From NCBI GenBank assembly GCA_963830935.1, contig CAWHOC010000016.1, forward strand, positions 13,852 through 77,851: 64,000 nt of DNA. Reading direction: 5' to 3'. The position numbers were made by a program, and so were the translations under genes. Under the pieces are notes generated by a model. The model saw only the letters and a list, made by a program, of their open reading frames with translations. It ran no database searches and had not been told where the DNA came from. Source of the DNA: an uncultured bacterium. Lineage in GTDB: Bacteria; Patescibacteriota; Minisyncoccia; UBA6257; 2-01-FULL-56-20. This document shows, piece by piece, positions 19,139 through 27,871 of the stretch; the first letter of the stretch is position 1, and each line of letters opens with the position of its first letter.

Positions 19139-19672
19139 ATGGAGAATCATAAGAAACATTCACTGGGGCGTCGCGCGTATCTCCTTTTTCTCTCGAAGCG
19201 GTTGAAGCTCGTGATCCTTTTCTTCGTGCTCGCGGCTGCCGCCTGGTACAGCGAACGATGGGCGCCGCCGTATTATCTTCCGTTCGTGCAATACGGAGTG
19301 GAGCTGCTCGCGCTCTTCAGCGCACTCTACTTCCTGGCGATACTTCTTTGGACATGGATGGAGTACCACTTCTATACCTACACCTTCACCGATGAGGCGT
19401 TCATCATGACCTACGGATATATCGAACGCAACGAGCTCGCGGCGCTGTATCACCAGATCCAGAACGTGAACATCCAGCGCAGCCCGCTCGACCGCATGGC
19501 GGGCGTGAGCAAGGTGATCATTTTGATGACCGGCGCGCAGCATGACCCCGCGCACAACAAGATCATCCTCCCGGCGGTGGGGAGAAAGAAAGCGAAGCTC
19601 GTGCAGCAGGAACTCTTGACCCGCGCGCGCCGCCACATGGCGGGCAATTATCCCGAGCCGCACGCGCGATAA
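19139..19672 (+). CDS. membrane-anchored bacterial PH-domain (YdbS/YdbT-like, DUF304) protein
   Basis: Two N-terminal TM helices followed by a bPH_2-like segment. Confidence 0.5.
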   Translation: MENHKKHSLGRRAYLLFLSKRLKLVILFFVLAAAAWYSERWAPPYYLPFVQYGVELLALFSALYFLAILLWTWMEYHFYTYTFTDEAFIMTYGYIERNELAALYHQIQNVNIQRSPLDRMAGVSKVIILMTGAQHDPAHNKIILPAVGRKKAKLVQQELLTRARRHMAGNYPEPHAR

Positions 19673-19697
19673 AGCGCGGTCAACGCGCTACCGCGCG

Positions 19698-21053
19698 CTA
19701 TTGCGGAAAATCAAAGCGCAATAATTTCTGCCCTTGGTCGATGAGATAGAGCGAGTTCTCCTGCGCGTCGTATTGCGGCTCTGTGCCGGGCGAGACCGTG
19801 GTCAGATTTTTCAGGTTCGTGTCGGCGAAATCGAGGAATGCGACGCGGTCGGGGTATTGCACAAAAAGATGCGCGTCATCCTTGTACCAGATAAGCCCCT
19901 GCACGTTCGCCGCCTCCGGAAGGTTAAAACGGTAATAGTCCTGCGTGGTGAACGAGAATATTTCCAAGCTATGGTATTCAAGCGCCGCGACCGAGGAGCC
20001 GTCCGGGGCCGGGTAAAACTGCTTCACGTCGTCGGCGAGCGTCGTCAGCTGCTCGCTCGGGACGTTATACAGATAGAGCGTGTTATCACTTTCCAAAATG
20101 CCGAGGACATTATTCCGAACCCATACGAGCTGTGCGATGGGGCCTTTGACGATGAGCGAGTCGTCGACCGTGTCGCCGGAGAACTTGTCGTAGACGATGA
20201 CCTGCGACGTTCCCGATGAGCCTGGGGCGCTCGCGGTATATTGCGCCCATGCCATCGCGGACGGTGATACCGCGATGGGGGACTCGATTGCCGCGCCGGC
20301 CGGCGCTGTGTACACCACGGTCGCGCGATGGGTCTCCGAGTCGATTGCCACGATCTCGGCGGGCGTTTGCGTTATCACGCTCGTATCATCGTACGGGTCC
20401 ACAAAGATGTTCGTCGTCGGCGTGGACTTGATGCCCGATTGCCTGAGGAGTGTGGAAAGATTCGTACTCGTGGCATTCGTAAAGTCGTAGAGCGAATAGG
20501 TGGCGCCGCCGGTCTTCGCGCTGACCGTGCGAATGACGGCGGTCTTGAGGTCGGTGCTGTGGCTCGTGACCGCGCCGTACCCGATCGTCTTGTCGAGCCA
20601 GGTGACCGTGGCGCTCGCGTTCGTGACGAAGACGCTGCCGTTCGCCTCAAAATAGCCGGTCACTGCGGCGGTGGCGGTCGCCACGTTCGTGGCCTTGTCG
20701 GGCACGAGCACGGCATACTTCATTTCCGTGACGAGCGATGGCACGACCTGCGGCATTTCCGTCCACGCATCGTAGCCCGCCGCCTTGAGCGTCAGGGTAT
20801 AGGTCTTTGGGAAAAGCCCGGAGATGAACGTTCCGGGGCTCAGGAATGCCGATCGGTTCTGTACCAGCTCCCCGTTCAGCGTGATCTTTGCGGTAATGGG
20901 GTATGACCGGACGTAGATGCCGCCGGCCTTCTCGGCCACGAGCGTGGAAAAGTTGATCCGCCATCCTTCGGCATAAGACACGACCGCCGCGCCGATCACG
21001 ATAAACAAAAGGACCAGCACATAAAATATGCGTTTCCGGGTTTTGAGCTTCAT
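19698..21053 (-). CDS. secreted/anchored protein with a PEGA domain
   Basis: Signal/TM segment; YVRSYPITAKITLNGELV...TYTLTLKAAGYDAW is a PEGA motif. Confidence 0.5.
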   Translation of the reverse strand: MKLKTRKRIFYVLVLLFIVIGAAVVSYAEGWRINFSTLVAEKAGGIYVRSYPITAKITLNGELVQNRSAFLSPGTFISGLFPKTYTLTLKAAGYDAWTEMPQVVPSLVTEMKYAVLVPDKATNVATATAAVTGYFEANGSVFVTNASATVTWLDKTIGYGAVTSHSTDLKTAVIRTVSAKTGGATYSLYDFTNATSTNLSTLLRQSGIKSTPTTNIFVDPYDDTSVITQTPAEIVAIDSETHRATVVYTAPAGAAIESPIAVSPSAMAWAQYTASAPGSSGTSQVIVYDKFSGDTVDDSLIVKGPIAQLVWVRNNVLGILESDNTLYLYNVPSEQLTTLADDVKQFYPAPDGSSVAALEYHSLEIFSFTTQDYYRFNLPEAANVQGLIWYKDDAHLFVQYPDRVAFLDFADTNLKNLTTVSPGTEPQYDAQENSLYLIDQGQKLLRFDFPQ

Positions 21054-21225
21054 TGCAGGATGATTCTAATCCACATTGATAACTTTTTCCAGGGTGGTGG
21101 TATAATTGAAGTAGATCCCGCGCAGATTTCGGATCAAACAATATTAAAAGGGAGAGCGATTATCTCTGCCGCCTGTGGGCCGCAGTTGAGCTCACCCACC
21201 TGGCTGTTGCGCCAGAAATCTGACG

Positions 21226-21312
21226 GGATTGAGCAAAAGGACTATCCTTTTTTAACGGAAATGCCACGTAGGAACGTGACCGTTAAAAAAGGATAGTCCT
21301 TTTGCTCAATCC
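21226..21312. repeat. perfect 33-bp inverted repeat with a 21-nt loop (large hairpin/palindrome)
   Basis: Left arm ggattgagcaaaaggactatccttttttaacgg is the exact reverse complement of the right arm ccgttaaaaaaggatagtccttttgctcaatcc. Confidence 0.8.
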
Positions 21313-21345
21313 GAGAGAAAAAATAAAAAGTGCCGGTGTGATGAA

Positions 21346-21789
21346 TCACACTGGCACCGAGATCACGGCCGGATGCACGCTTATCGCGATGTCCGGGGTG
21401 TCATCCATTTGCAACCGATTGATGTCCCAGCCGACCACCTGTCCCTCGTGATGGGGCGTCTTCTTATCGAGACGCTCCTCGCGGTAGGTCCGCACCAGCT
21501 CCTTGGCGAGCGCTTCCCACGACGCGATCGGGTTAACGAAGGGGCATGACTCCAAAACGTCCCTTTGAAAGAATCTCCGACCGAAGGGCTCAACCAGGCA
21601 ATGGAAGTGTGTGATCGGTCTTTGTAGGGGACCGAAAGCCGATTTCAGAAGAGCGGTAATCTTGTCTGCGTCATCAACGACGCTCCCAATTGGGAACGAT
21701 ATTGCTTCTAACTCCACAGTTGGCACGTTCGAGGTCCTCCTGAGATAAAAATATATTTCCGGCGGAGATAAGTCAAGCGTTTGCCGCAT
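21346..21789 (-). CDS. hypothetical protein upstream-overlapping the pterin dehydratase gene
   Basis: ORF only; no motif recognised. Confidence 0.35.
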   Translation of the reverse strand: MRQTLDLSPPEIYFYLRRTSNVPTVELEAISFPIGSVVDDADKITALLKSAFGPLQRPITHFHCLVEPFGRRFFQRDVLESCPFVNPIASWEALAKELVRTYREERLDKKTPHHEGQVVGWDINRLQMDDTPDIAISVHPAVISVPV

Positions 21790-22111
21790 CGATCTTCGCC
21801 GCGAGGATGAAGTCGTTCTCAAACAGTCCGTTCACGGCATGGGTGGTAAGGTCGAGGCGCACTTTGTTATAAAAGATGTACATGTCGGGATGGTGGCCTT
21901 CGGCCTGCGCGATATCTGCAACGGCATTCACGAACTTCATCGCTTCTACGAAGTCCTTAAACGTGAACTCGCGCGTGATCTTTTTCTCGTCATCGGACAC
22001 TTTCCAGTCCGGCACCTGCGCGGCATATTTTTGCACATACTCGTGATCGAGCGCCGACATGCCGCCTTCGCAGGGAACGCAATGTTTTTCTTTAAGGACG
22101 TTTACAATCAT
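21773..22111 (-). CDS. pterin-4a-carbinolamine dehydratase (PCD/DCoH)
   Basis: EGHHPD motif and typical length. Confidence 0.75.
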   Translation of the reverse strand: MIVNVLKEKHCVPCEGGMSALDHEYVQKYAAQVPDWKVSDDEKKITREFTFKDFVEAMKFVNAVADIAQAEGHHPDMYIFYNKVRLDLTTHAVNGLFENDFILAAKIDAANA

Positions 22112-22491
22112 GGCATTGGATTATTTTCAACGATCTCTACCTTTCCTTCCATACAATTCAAAATAAATGTTTTATTCAACTTTTTAAAAAGTTTTGTTCC
22201 GAGCAAAATGATGTCGGCGGCATGGATGTCAATGGGCGTATTTATATACTTTCCATCCACGCCAACCCGTCCGTCACAAACCAGATGTGATGACGTCGAC
22301 CCATCTGCAAGCATATTTTCCTGGACGCCGGTGAGGATAAGGCCGAGAGGGAGCGCCTCAATGAGCGGGATCTGGATATATCCATTGAATCCGGAATCCA
22401 CCAAGGCGGCAAGTTTTTTGGTGGCTCCGCCGAACCCTTTTATTTCAACCTCAACGATCGGTTGGTCATTGCCATTAAATATCCCAAGCAT
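22108..22491 (-). CDS. retropepsin-like (clan AA) aspartic protease, low GC
   Basis: ALVDSGFNGYIQIP, a D-S/T-G active-site region, on a ~125-aa scaffold. Confidence 0.55.
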   Translation of the reverse strand: MLGIFNGNDQPIVEVEIKGFGGATKKLAALVDSGFNGYIQIPLIEALPLGLILTGVQENMLADGSTSSHLVCDGRVGVDGKYINTPIDIHAADIILLGTKLFKKLNKTFILNCMEGKVEIVENNPMP

Positions 22492-22747
22492 ATTTCTTTG
22501 TGGAAAAGGACGCGCCTATTTTCTGTATGCTGCCGATCTGGACAATATAAAATAGCTTTTCTCCGAAGTTCTTTTTTGCCTTTTCAATAGCAACCGACCG
22601 ATCAGGGTCAATCTCATATTTTTCCGTTTCCACGTCAATGACGGCAAATTGCCCCATAAAATTTTTTTCCAAAAAGTCCTTATTGGCAGCGTAAAAAACG
22701 TTTCCCCGACGGACCAATGTTTCAAGGGAGGGAGGTAAATTTGACAT
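22475..22747 (-). CDS. small hypothetical protein; overlaps the start of the retropepsin-like gene by 17 nt (probably translationally coupled)
   Basis: ORF; low GC; 17-nt overlap. Confidence 0.4.
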   Translation of the reverse strand: MSNLPPSLETLVRRGNVFYAANKDFLEKNFMGQFAVIDVETEKYEIDPDRSVAIEKAKKNFGEKLFYIVQIGSIQKIGASFSTKKYAWDI

Positions 22748-22887
22748 GGATTTAGTGTAGCAAAAACGGAAACAATATCAATGCGCGACCTTTTAATTAA
22801 TGATACAAACCTGCAACGTTGATATCAGCATAGCATACCCACCATTAAATCACGGTAAATTTCTGATGAAATTCTTATTAAGATTTA

Positions 22888-23775
22888 TCAAAAACTGCTC
22901 GGGTTGATGTGGAAGAGCGCGCCGACGACGATGCCGAGCAAAAACGTGGCGAGCGCGGTGCCGAGCATGAGCCCGACGGTCTCAAAGAACTCACGCCAGA
23001 ACTTCCGGTCAAAGATGATCGCGCCGTAGAACGTGAAGCCCGCCACAAGGATGATGCCGACTGTCGTGGATACGATGAACGCGGGCACCATCACGCGGAT
23101 CAAAAAGTAGGGGAGCGCGAGGAGGACGACGGAACAGAAATACGACGCCCACGTGAGGAAGCCGGAAAAGAGCGCCGACTTTTCCGTGTCCTGCTTTGCC
23201 TGAAGGTATCCCGCCGAGCCCATGGAGATCGCCGCGGAGAAGCCCACGATCACGCCCGCGACGCCCGCGATGAGCGTGCTCCCGGTGACGCCGAGGAATC
23301 CGGCGTGGACGCCCGTGATCTCCACGATCGCGTCCGCGAGACCGAGCACGATGAATCCCATGTAGCTCACGCGTTTCTCTTTGAGCTGGGCGATGAGCGC
23401 CTTCTCGTGCGATTTTTCGTCCTCGATGATCTCCGCGAACCGCCCCCGGTGCGATTCGGGGATGGTCTTCGCGATATCCTGATATTTTTGGACAGCACCG
23501 TTCTCGTGCGTCTCAAGGAATTTTGTCATGAACGTTACGCCGAACGCGACGCGTAGGAACGAAAGTCCCCAGACGGTGGCGCGGCGCGCGTGGACCTTTG
23601 CCGCCGCGGCCGGAGGCATGAGCGAACTCCAGAACTCGTAGTGCGTTTTCTCTTGCGTCGAAAGTCGCTCGAGCGCCTCGCGGTTGCCCGGATCCTTCTC
23701 CATCTCTGCGAGCTTATGGTACACAACGTGCTCCGTCAGCTCGTTCGCCGCGTTCCACGCGAAAACATCTTTCAT
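22888..23775 (-). CDS. VIT1/CCC1-family iron/manganese transporter with N-terminal ferritin-like domain
   Basis: N-terminal ferritin-like EKTHYEFW...EDEKSHE; C-terminal multi-TM VIT1 pattern. Confidence 0.65.
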   Translation of the reverse strand: MKDVFAWNAANELTEHVVYHKLAEMEKDPGNREALERLSTQEKTHYEFWSSLMPPAAAAKVHARRATVWGLSFLRVAFGVTFMTKFLETHENGAVQKYQDIAKTIPESHRGRFAEIIEDEKSHEKALIAQLKEKRVSYMGFIVLGLADAIVEITGVHAGFLGVTGSTLIAGVAGVIVGFSAAISMGSAGYLQAKQDTEKSALFSGFLTWASYFCSVVLLALPYFLIRVMVPAFIVSTTVGIILVAGFTFYGAIIFDRKFWREFFETVGLMLGTALATFLLGIVVGALFHINPSSF

Positions 23776-23892
23776 ATCCTCATTATACTCCGAAAGGTTG
23801 TTTTAGCTTTACTGTATTGACGCACGCACAATGGCGGCGGATACTATGAGTAGTTGCACGGTAGCCACTCTTTGTGTCCGGGGGACAAGATA

Positions 23893-24369
23893 ATGGTTCA
23901 GGACGAAGTGATGTTCGAAGCAATAGAACGCATCGATAGGGTGCAAAAATTTGTCGATCGATGGTTGCCTGAATTCAAGGCGCCGGGACGATTTTTCATC
24001 GCCCATGCGGACGCTATTATCGCATTGGACACCGCCGAAAACAGTGGAAGATCCGCCATTTGTATTCGGACAGCCCGCGATGCGTATCGGCAGGCGGCCA
24101 ACGAGTTGGAATTTTCATTGCAGAATTTCATCCTCGAGAAGGTCAACGAGATCCGGTCGATAGTCGATGCGGCGGAAAAGCATCCCGAATTGCGGAGCCA
24201 TTGTCTCGCCATGCGTCGAAAGATCGAAGTGCTGGATAGGGACATCGGATCTCGAGATTCGAACGTGTTGGGTGTTGTTATTAAATATGGAGAATTGGTT
24301 CGATTGCTGAGCGATGCTGCCAAAGTTGTGCGGGAAAGATCCGTTGCGGACGTTGTTCGCTATGCGTGA
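23893..24369 (+). CDS. hypothetical protein
   Basis: ORF followed by the terminator hairpin gggatgg-agtgatc-catccc plus a T-run at ~24376-24400. Confidence 0.4.
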   Translation: MVQDEVMFEAIERIDRVQKFVDRWLPEFKAPGRFFIAHADAIIALDTAENSGRSAICIRTARDAYRQAANELEFSLQNFILEKVNEIRSIVDAAEKHPELRSHCLAMRRKIEVLDRDIGSRDSNVLGVVIKYGELVRLLSDAAKVVRERSVADVVRYA

Positions 24370-24465
24370 CCAAGGGGATGGAGTGATCCATCCCTATTTT
24401 ATTGTCCGTCATCTAAATCCAATGAGAGAAAAAAATGGGTCGTCTGCATTATGCAAACGCCCATA

Positions 24466-24897
24466 TTACACACTCGCCGCGGCAAGCTGATTTGGGGCTG
24501 GCGGGGGTTGCTCCCACACTTTCTTTTTCCGGCCGCGCTTACGCGCCGTCAGGCTTTTAATCCACCCCAGCAATTCGGTGGGTGAAATTTTTCTGTCGAG
24601 CAATGCATCGGCGGGGTGAAGCTCCACAGACATCTCTTCTGGATCGCCGAGTAGTATGATCGGCACGCGTGCATTCACCCGCTTGAGCCGTTCATCGAGC
24701 CGCGTACCGTTCGGTGTCAGCATGTCGAACCTGGCGATCACAAGATCGATCGAATCGTGGTGGGTAAATACGAGCACCGCCTCGGCTGCGTTTGCCGCGG
24801 TAAGGATGCGATAGCCCTTGGTTGTAAGTACAACTTTGAGTACCGACAACTCCTGCTCGTTGTCGTCGACCAGGAGAACAGCCTTCTTAGGCCTCAT
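24466..24897 (-). CDS. stand-alone response-regulator receiver (CheY-like) domain protein
   Basis: AVLLVDDNE...DLVIARFDM...PIILLGD pattern. Confidence 0.6.
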   Translation of the reverse strand: MRPKKAVLLVDDNEQELSVLKVVLTTKGYRILTAANAAEAVLVFTHHDSIDLVIARFDMLTPNGTRLDERLKRVNARVPIILLGDPEEMSVELHPADALLDRKISPTELLGWIKSLTARKRGRKKKVWEQPPPAPNQLAAASV

Positions 24898-25082
24898 GCT
24901 TGGGCCATCCATTCTACCCGCCCGAGATTGAAGCGAGTGCGCAACGGACGGAGCCATCCGCTCCGCACTCGCTTCAACATAAATAGAGAAATCGGTTTCG
25001 GCGATTATGAAAGAGCACCTGAATCGTACAATGGAGGGTGCTGTTCGTCAATAAATTTGGATCGCTTATCACCGCCAAAACA

Positions 25083-25125
25083 AAAACAGCCGTTTGGCGA
25101 ACGGCTGTTTTTGTTTTGTTGTCGG
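25083..25125. terminator. bidirectional hairpin terminator (aacagccgtt-tggcga-acggctgtt flanked by A-run and T-run)
   Basis: Read directly. Confidence 0.5.
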
Positions 25126-25250
25126 GCTGCCGGAAATCGGATCCGGGCCTCATCCACCCCATGGACGTGCGCTACCACTACGCCACAGCCCGCTTGACCG
25201 TTCTATCATGACCACTTGCATTTTAAAACGCCACATATTAGGATAGAGGC

Positions 25251-25439
25251 ATGACAGAACAAACAAAGGGTCCGGAGCAGATGAAGGCGGAATTGGTCGA
25301 ATTTGATAACACGCCCCATGAGGAGCTTGAGGCGATGGCAATGAATCTTATGACGCCGGAAGAGCAGCGAGCAGTCATCCCCGGAGAGATCGCTCTCATA
25401 TTGAGGATAGCCCGGAAGAAAGATCGCGTCGCTGGATAA
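25251..25439 (+). CDS. small hypothetical protein
   Basis: ORF only. Confidence 0.3.
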   Translation: MTEQTKGPEQMKAELVEFDNTPHEELEAMAMNLMTPEEQRAVIPGEIALILRIARKKDRVAG

Positions 25440-26225
25440 TCCGCGTATCCATCCATGATGCGATTGCGGATGCCGCCATACCTTCGCCTTGGAGTAAGAG
25501 ATATTCTCCAGTGATTATGGCGACCGACCGACAAGGAAATGTCGCGGAGCTCGGATTCCAGCAGGGAAAGAAGCTCTGCGCGGGGCTAGGCAAACCGCGC
25601 AGTGAATAAATAATTAGCTTAGGAGGATCCATCGCCGAATAATATCAAACCCCGGCCATGCATTGCTCGACTGGTGTTTTTGTTCATTCTAACAGACAGG
25701 GCGGGATTTCTTGTAAAGGCCTGCCATTTGTCCTCCGCAATGCGGAGTACTCTGGCTCCATTTCCGGTGAGGAAACGTGGCCAATAGATTTCAGTTCTCC
25801 GCAGTAATGTTTTGATCCAACAATTTCACTCAGAGAGCGCTCCTGCCTCAAAAGAACGCTAACCCTCTCATAATCCGGTTATGGAGATCTGCCTTGATCG
25901 TAACACGCCGATTCCGAGGGCAAGATAAAGGTGTTCGCTTTTTCTGCCTGAATCGCATGAAAGTATCGATACCATTTTTAATGCCATCGTGACGAGCGTC
26001 GGCAAGATGACGACTGGAGGATGGCAATGAGTCGCTATTTTCCACGGATCGTTGATGTTCGGCATCAAAGGTGCAAATTTTTTTGCCGCCTAGGGCGTTT
26101 CATCGTTCCGGAATTGCTCCTCGAGCATTTCAACGTATTCCTGAACCTTTAAGGAATCCTTATCGGAGAGATTAGAAGAAGCCGGATTTTATAGCCTTCT
26201 CGATTTCGCTCTCGGGTACGAAAAT

Positions 26226-26549
26226 TTATGAAGAGCCTGCGATGTTCGTCCGGGCGCCTTTCCGCATTTCGATTGAAGAATCCACTTCCGGATTGAAGAA
26301 GCCCACTGTGCGATATAGTGCTCGGCGGTCACGCTGTCGTCGCTGCTTCTCCTTCACCACCGCCTTTCGCGGCGCTTTGTGGATCGTCCTCAGACAGCCG
26401 GTGCAGACGAGCATCCGCTTGCCGTCTACCGTCGCGTACTGCAAATTCGGGTACTTTCGGGTCCAGTTCGTGGGATTGTAATGGCCGCGGAGCAAGATCC
26501 GGTGTCCGCCCATCTGTGATGTCTTTCCGCATCGCGCGCATTTCCTCAT
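26226..26549 (-). CDS. rpmB: ribosomal protein bL28 (zinc-ribbon C+ form)
   Basis: MRKCARCGKT...RRFNPTNW-like core...RMLVCTGCLR. Confidence 0.65.
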   Translation of the reverse strand: MRKCARCGKTSQMGGHRILLRGHYNPTNWTRKYPNLQYATVDGKRMLVCTGCLRTIHKAPRKAVVKEKQRRQRDRRALYRTVGFFNPEVDSSIEMRKGARTNIAGSS

Positions 26550-26634
26550 TGTCGTGGTATTTGATTTGTTGACAGTATTATAGGGGAACAAACGGTTTTA
26601 CGCAAGTTCTCGTGATCGCGCACAGGCGGCTTCG

Positions 26635-27156
26635 TTAATCTACCCGAACTTTCAGCTTCCTCGTCTTCTTCTTGTTTACCTTCGGGAGCGTCACCGTGAG
26701 GATGCCGTTCTTAAACTTCACCTGCGCCGCCTCGGGGTCCACTTCCTGCGGAAGGATGATCGAGCGGCCGAACTTGCCCCAATAGCACTCCTGGTAGAGA
26801 TAGTCCTCGTCGCGCACGGTTTTCTCGCGCTTGCGCGAGCCGCGGATCGAGATCGAGTCGGTCGTCACGTTCACGTCGATATCGTCCGGGTCCACGCCCG
26901 CAATCGCGGATTCCACCACGATGTCGTTCGCCGTCTGGTAGACATCTACCGTGAGCTGGCCCTCCGGCTCACCGTCGTTCCAAAGATCCTCTTTCTCATC
27001 TTTGGTACGGATGATCTTCGGGCGCAACGCGACGGGCGACGCGGAAACGGTGCTGCCGTTCGCCTTCACGAGCTCGACATCGTATTCACCGTCGGCTTCC
27101 GTCTTTGCGCCGGAAAGGTCCTCAAAAAACTTTTCGTCTTCGCTGTTCATGATCAT
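26635..27156 (-). CDS. Hsp20/alpha-crystallin small heat-shock protein
   Basis: ACD pattern ...DVYQTANDIVVESAIAGVDPDDIDV...ILTVTLPK. Confidence 0.75.
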   Translation of the reverse strand: MIMNSEDEKFFEDLSGAKTEADGEYDVELVKANGSTVSASPVALRPKIIRTKDEKEDLWNDGEPEGQLTVDVYQTANDIVVESAIAGVDPDDIDVNVTTDSISIRGSRKREKTVRDEDYLYQECYWGKFGRSIILPQEVDPEAAQVKFKNGILTVTLPKVNKKKTRKLKVRVD

Positions 27157-27845
27157 GTTATAAGGTTTATGGATTTCGACTTGATCGCTTCAAAATCGGC
27201 CAATACGAAGAACCCGACCACTATCAAGAATATCACAGAATAGACCGCACCTCCATAGGTCAGTATAAGATAATTGAAGGTGGTGTGCAAAATGGCGGCG
27301 ATCGCGACGCCAAGCACCACATGCCATGCCACCTTGCCCCGCACCATGCCGAGCGCCCAGTAATAGCCGACAATGCCCGACGTGAGCGTATGGAGGAGCG
27401 TGGCGCCCACGAACCGCAGGGATATCGTCTCAAGCACGGTGGGGATGATCGCGGCCTGCGGCGTGAGGCCGGCGATCGCGCCGATGTTCTCGAGCGTGGC
27501 AAAGCCGAGCGCCGCCACGATCATGTAGATCATCACATCCACCGGTTCGGTGACGTCCGGATTCCGGTTGACGGCAAAGTGAGCCGCGCAGAACTTCATC
27601 GTCTCTTCGATCGCCGCGAGGCCGAACAATGAAAGGAGCGAAAGTTCCTGGATGCCGATCCCCGACGCCCACCCGCTAAAAATGTTCTCGATCGCGACGG
27701 TAAAGAATCCGAATGCCATACCCACGACGAACGTGAACACGATGAGCCGCTTCGGCTCCGGATGGGTTTCCTCGCCGAGATAAAATATCAACCACGCAAA
27801 GCCCGGGAGGAGGCCGAACACGAGCGAGATGACGAGCATCACCAT
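27153..27845 (-). CDS. PrsW-family intramembrane protease
   Basis: EE..K motif (AAIEETMKF), FATLEN, multiple TM helices. Confidence 0.6.
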   Translation of the reverse strand: MVMLVISLVFGLLPGFAWLIFYLGEETHPEPKRLIVFTFVVGMAFGFFTVAIENIFSGWASGIGIQELSLLSLFGLAAIEETMKFCAAHFAVNRNPDVTEPVDVMIYMIVAALGFATLENIGAIAGLTPQAAIIPTVLETISLRFVGATLLHTLTSGIVGYYWALGMVRGKVAWHVVLGVAIAAILHTTFNYLILTYGGAVYSVIFLIVVGFFVLADFEAIKSKSINLIT

Positions 27846-27871
27846 GGCTTTATTCTAGCATGCCGGTGGCG

